Source: an uncultured Rhizobiaceae bacterium (lineage in GTDB: Bacteria; Pseudomonadota; Alphaproteobacteria; ATCC43930; Allostellaceae). From it: DNA of 24,000 bases. A program made the translations under genes and the position numbers. Below are positions 22,292 through 24,000 of this stretch, piece after piece. The notes under the pieces were generated by a model. The model did not search any database. It was given only the letters and a program-made list of their open reading frames with translations, and was not told the DNA's origin. Location of the stretch: contig CAZQOA010000001.1 of NCBI GenBank assembly GCA_964594715.1, forward strand, positions 1 to 24,000, written 5' to 3'. Every line of letters begins with the position of its first letter. Position 1 is the stretch's first letter.

Positions 22292-23179
22292 GTGACCACC
22301 CAGCCTTCCCGCCCGCGCCGCAGCGTCCTCTACATGCCCGCGTCCAACGCCCGCGCCCTGGAGAAGGCGCAAGGGCTGGATGCGGACGGCTTCATCTTCG
22401 ACCTGGAGGATGCGGTGGCGCCGGATGCCAAGGCGGCGGCACGCACCCAGCTGGCGGCGGCGCTCGCCGGGTTCGACTATCGCGGCCGCGAGCGGGTGGT
22501 GCGGGTGAACGGCCTCGGCACGCCCTGGGCCGCCGACGACCTTCGCATGGCCGCCGCCAGCGGTGCCGACGCGGTGCTGCTGCCCAAGGTGGAGAGCGCA
22601 GACGCCCTGCGGCAGGCCGAGCGCGCACTGGTCGAGGCGGGGGCGCCGAAGGGAATGGCGCTGTGGGCGATGATGGAGACGCCGCGCGCCTTCCTCCGCG
22701 CCGACGAGATCGCCGGCGCGACGCCGCGGCTGGCCTGCCTCGCCATGGGCACCTCGGACCTGGCCCACGAGCTGCGCGCGCTGCACACGCCCGACCGCAT
22801 CGCGTTGCTGCCGAGCCTCGGCCTCGGCCTGCTGGCGGCCCGCGCCCACGGGTTGGCCGCGCTCGACGGCGTCCATCTCGACCTCGCCGACGATGCCGGG
22901 CTGGAGGCCGCGTGCCGCCAGGCGCTGGTACTGGGCTTCGACGGCAAGACGCTGATCCACCCCAAGACCATCGCCATCGCCAACGACGTCTTCACGCCGT
23001 CGCGCGCGCGGATCGAGTGGGCGGAGCGGGTGACCGCGGCCCACGCCCGGGCGGAATCGGCCGGCCACGGCGTCGTGCTGCTCGACGGCAAGCTGATCGA
23101 GAGCCTGCATGTCGCCGAGGCCCGGCGCCTGCTGGGGCTGGCCCGCGCGATCCGGGATTTGGGCGTTCCGTCGCGTTGA
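22292..23179 (+). CDS. CitE-like CoA-ester lyase/thioesterase (HpcH/HpaI aldolase/citrate lyase beta family)
   Basis: GTG start with GAGGA RBS at 22278-22282. Matching segments are RPRRSVLYMPASNARALEKA..LDADGFIFDLEDAVAP..K, VRVNG, LPKVES, ETPRA and FDGKTLIHPKTI. Confidence 0.8.
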   Translation: MTTQPSRPRRSVLYMPASNARALEKAQGLDADGFIFDLEDAVAPDAKAAARTQLAAALAGFDYRGRERVVRVNGLGTPWAADDLRMAAASGADAVLLPKVESADALRQAERALVEAGAPKGMALWAMMETPRAFLRADEIAGATPRLACLAMGTSDLAHELRALHTPDRIALLPSLGLGLLAARAHGLAALDGVHLDLADDAGLEAACRQALVLGFDGKTLIHPKTIAIANDVFTPSRARIEWAERVTAAHARAESAGHGVVLLDGKLIESLHVAEARRLLGLARAIRDLGVPSR

Positions 23180-23204
23180 CTTGGCTGGACTCGCGGTCTA
23201 TTCC
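23176..23204 (+). promoter_or_regulatory. Putative sigma-70 promoter for sdhCD (TTGACT-N17-TATTCC)
   Basis: TTGACT at 23176-23181 overlaps the citE-like stop codon. A 17-nt spacer is followed by TATTCC at 23199-23204. The element sits about 52 nt upstream of the sdhC ATG. Confidence 0.35.
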
Positions 23205-23255
23205 AATTCCCTGCGCGGGTCTCGCGCACCTGCCGTTTCCCACGAGGCCGCCCGC

Positions 23256-23663
23256 ATGGCAAGCCAACGCGCGACCGGTCCCTCCCGACCGCTGTCGCCG
23301 CATCTCCAGATTTATCGCCCGCAGATCACCACGGTGCTGTCCATCCTGCACCGCGGTACCGGGATCGCCCTTTCCGTCGGCACGCTGATGCTGGTCTGGT
23401 GGCTGGTGGCCGCCGCCGCCGGGCCGGGCCCGTTCGCAACCGCCCAGGGCTTCATCGGCTCGTGGTTCGGGCTGCTGATTCTGTTCGGCTGGACCTTTGC
23501 GCTCTTCTTCCACCTCTGCAACGGCATCCGGCACCTGTTCTGGGATGCCGGCCACGGCTTCGAGCTGAAGACCGTCTATGCCAGCGGCTGGACGGCGGTG
23601 GCGGCGTCCGGCTGCCTGACGATCCTCGCCTGGATCGTCGGGCTCGTGTCCCGAGGGGGTTGA
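23256..23663 (+). CDS. sdhC: Succinate dehydrogenase cytochrome b556 subunit
   Basis: RPLSPHLQIYRPQITTVLSILHRGTGIAL, followed by three hydrophobic helices and HLCNGIRHLFWD with the haem-ligand His context. Confidence 0.9.
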   Translation: MASQRATGPSRPLSPHLQIYRPQITTVLSILHRGTGIALSVGTLMLVWWLVAAAAGPGPFATAQGFIGSWFGLLILFGWTFALFFHLCNGIRHLFWDAGHGFELKTVYASGWTAVAASGCLTILAWIVGLVSRGG

Positions 23664-23667
23664 CCCG

Positions 23668-24000
23668 ATGACGATGCGTTCCAGCCTGGGTCGCGCCCGC
23701 GGCCTCGGATCGGCGAAGGATGGCGTCGGCCACTGGTGGCTTCAGCGGATGACGGCGGTGGCCCTGGTCCCGCTCACCCTGTGGTTCGCCGCCGCCATCA
23801 TCTGCCAGGCCGGCGCCGGCCATGCCGAAGTGACGGCCTGGCTCGCCTCCCCCTTTCCGGCGATCGCGATGATCCTGTTGTCGATCGCCACCTTCTACCA
23901 CGCGGCTCTCGGGCTCCAGGTGGTGATCGAAGACTATGTGAGCAGCGAAGGCCTGCGCCTCGCCGCCATCGTGGCGGTGAAGCTGGCCTGTTGCGCGCTC
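23668..24000 (+). CDS. sdhD: Succinate dehydrogenase hydrophobic membrane anchor subunit (3' end outside the window)
   Basis: This ORF is not in the track because no stop codon is reached. My own translation from ATG 23668 is MTMRSSLGRARGLGSAKDGVGHWWLQRMTAVALVPLTLWF...FYHAALGLQVVIEDYV. It starts 4 nt after the sdhC stop. Confidence 0.85.
   Translation, partial: MTMRSSLGRARGLGSAKDGVGHWWLQRMTAVALVPLTLWFAAAIICQAGAGHAEVTAWLASPFPAIAMILLSIATFYHAALGLQVVIEDYVSSEGLRLAAIVAVKLACCAL

Noticed and set aside
22167-22295. TPP (THI-box) riboswitch between pdxY-tenA and the citE-like gene. The plus strand has GGGTGC…CCTGAGGA…ACCC, and there is an 8-bp inverted repeat GGTTGCGA / TCGCAACC at 22209-22216 and 22268-22275.
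   Set aside because: The look-alike is on the strand of the citE-like gene, not the thiamin-related operon. It runs straight into the RBS and GTG start, and it lacks the second half of the THI box (ACCUGAUCUGGAUAAUGCCAGCG-like). The minus-strand leader has no CUGAGA motif. I treat it as coincidence unless an Rfam TPP scan says otherwise.
5738-23110. Other long ORFs overlapping assigned genes on the opposite strand or in another frame: 5738-7111(+), 7774-8436(-), 8286-9350(+), 8818-10248(+), 9897-11462(+), 10372-12561(-), 12634-13920(-), 13293-14729(-), 14176-15282(-), 16245-17783(-), 16520-18934(+), 18989-20833(-), 19582-21447(+), 21285-22181(+), 21743-23110(-).
   Set aside because: All are Arg/Gly/Pro/Ala-rich low-complexity translations without motifs. 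Each is fully explained as a shadow of a well-supported gene (metY, HAD, hydrolase, qor, the giant GT, prpE, acyl-CoA synthetase, tenA/pdxY, citE-like).
1-24000. CRISPR arrays, tRNA/rRNA genes, IS elements or transposases, integrases, toxin-antitoxin pairs and restriction-modification genes.
   Set aside because: By eye I found no regularly spaced direct repeats, no cloverleaf-like or rRNA-like segments in the short intergenic regions, and no translated ORF with transposase, integrase, methyltransferase or toxin signatures. Manual reading can miss short or degenerate elements, so tRNAscan-SE, Infernal and ISfinder searches would be the proper check.

Overview
High-GC (about 70%) chromosomal segment with alphaproteobacterial gene content (DUF1013, DUF1192, ROSE-type hsp20 leader, sdhCD). 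A Rhodospirillales/Acetobacteraceae-like source is only a guess. Coding density is high and I could assign 26 CDS by reading the translations. Most are housekeeping: cyaY, rpmE, hsp20, metY, quinone oxidoreductase, prpE, a second acyl-CoA synthetase, pdxY-tenA, a CitE-like CoA-ester lyase and sdhCD. I saw no rRNA, tRNA, CRISPR array, transposase or canonical defence operon. Four things deserve a second look. (1) A three-gene OmpA / MotA-like / coiled-coil MotB-like stator-type module (about 475-3801) has no flagellar, Tol-Pal, TonB or Zorya partner genes nearby. This is my best candidate for an uncharacterised system, although the family looks like conserved core rather than accessory DNA. (2) At the left edge (1-490), a lower-GC HerA/DUF87-like P-loop ATPase N-terminus is fused in frame to the OmpA domain. 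It looks like a recombination or deletion scar bordering a mobile or defence island that lies outside the window. (3) A 1395-aa orphan glycosyltransferase (11434-15621) combines six tandem ~37-aa repeats, two GT-B/GT4 modules and an RgpF-like domain. (4) A textbook sigma-32 promoter plus ROSE-like RNA thermometer precedes hsp20. The many long ORFs antisense to real genes are high-GC shadow ORFs and were rejected.
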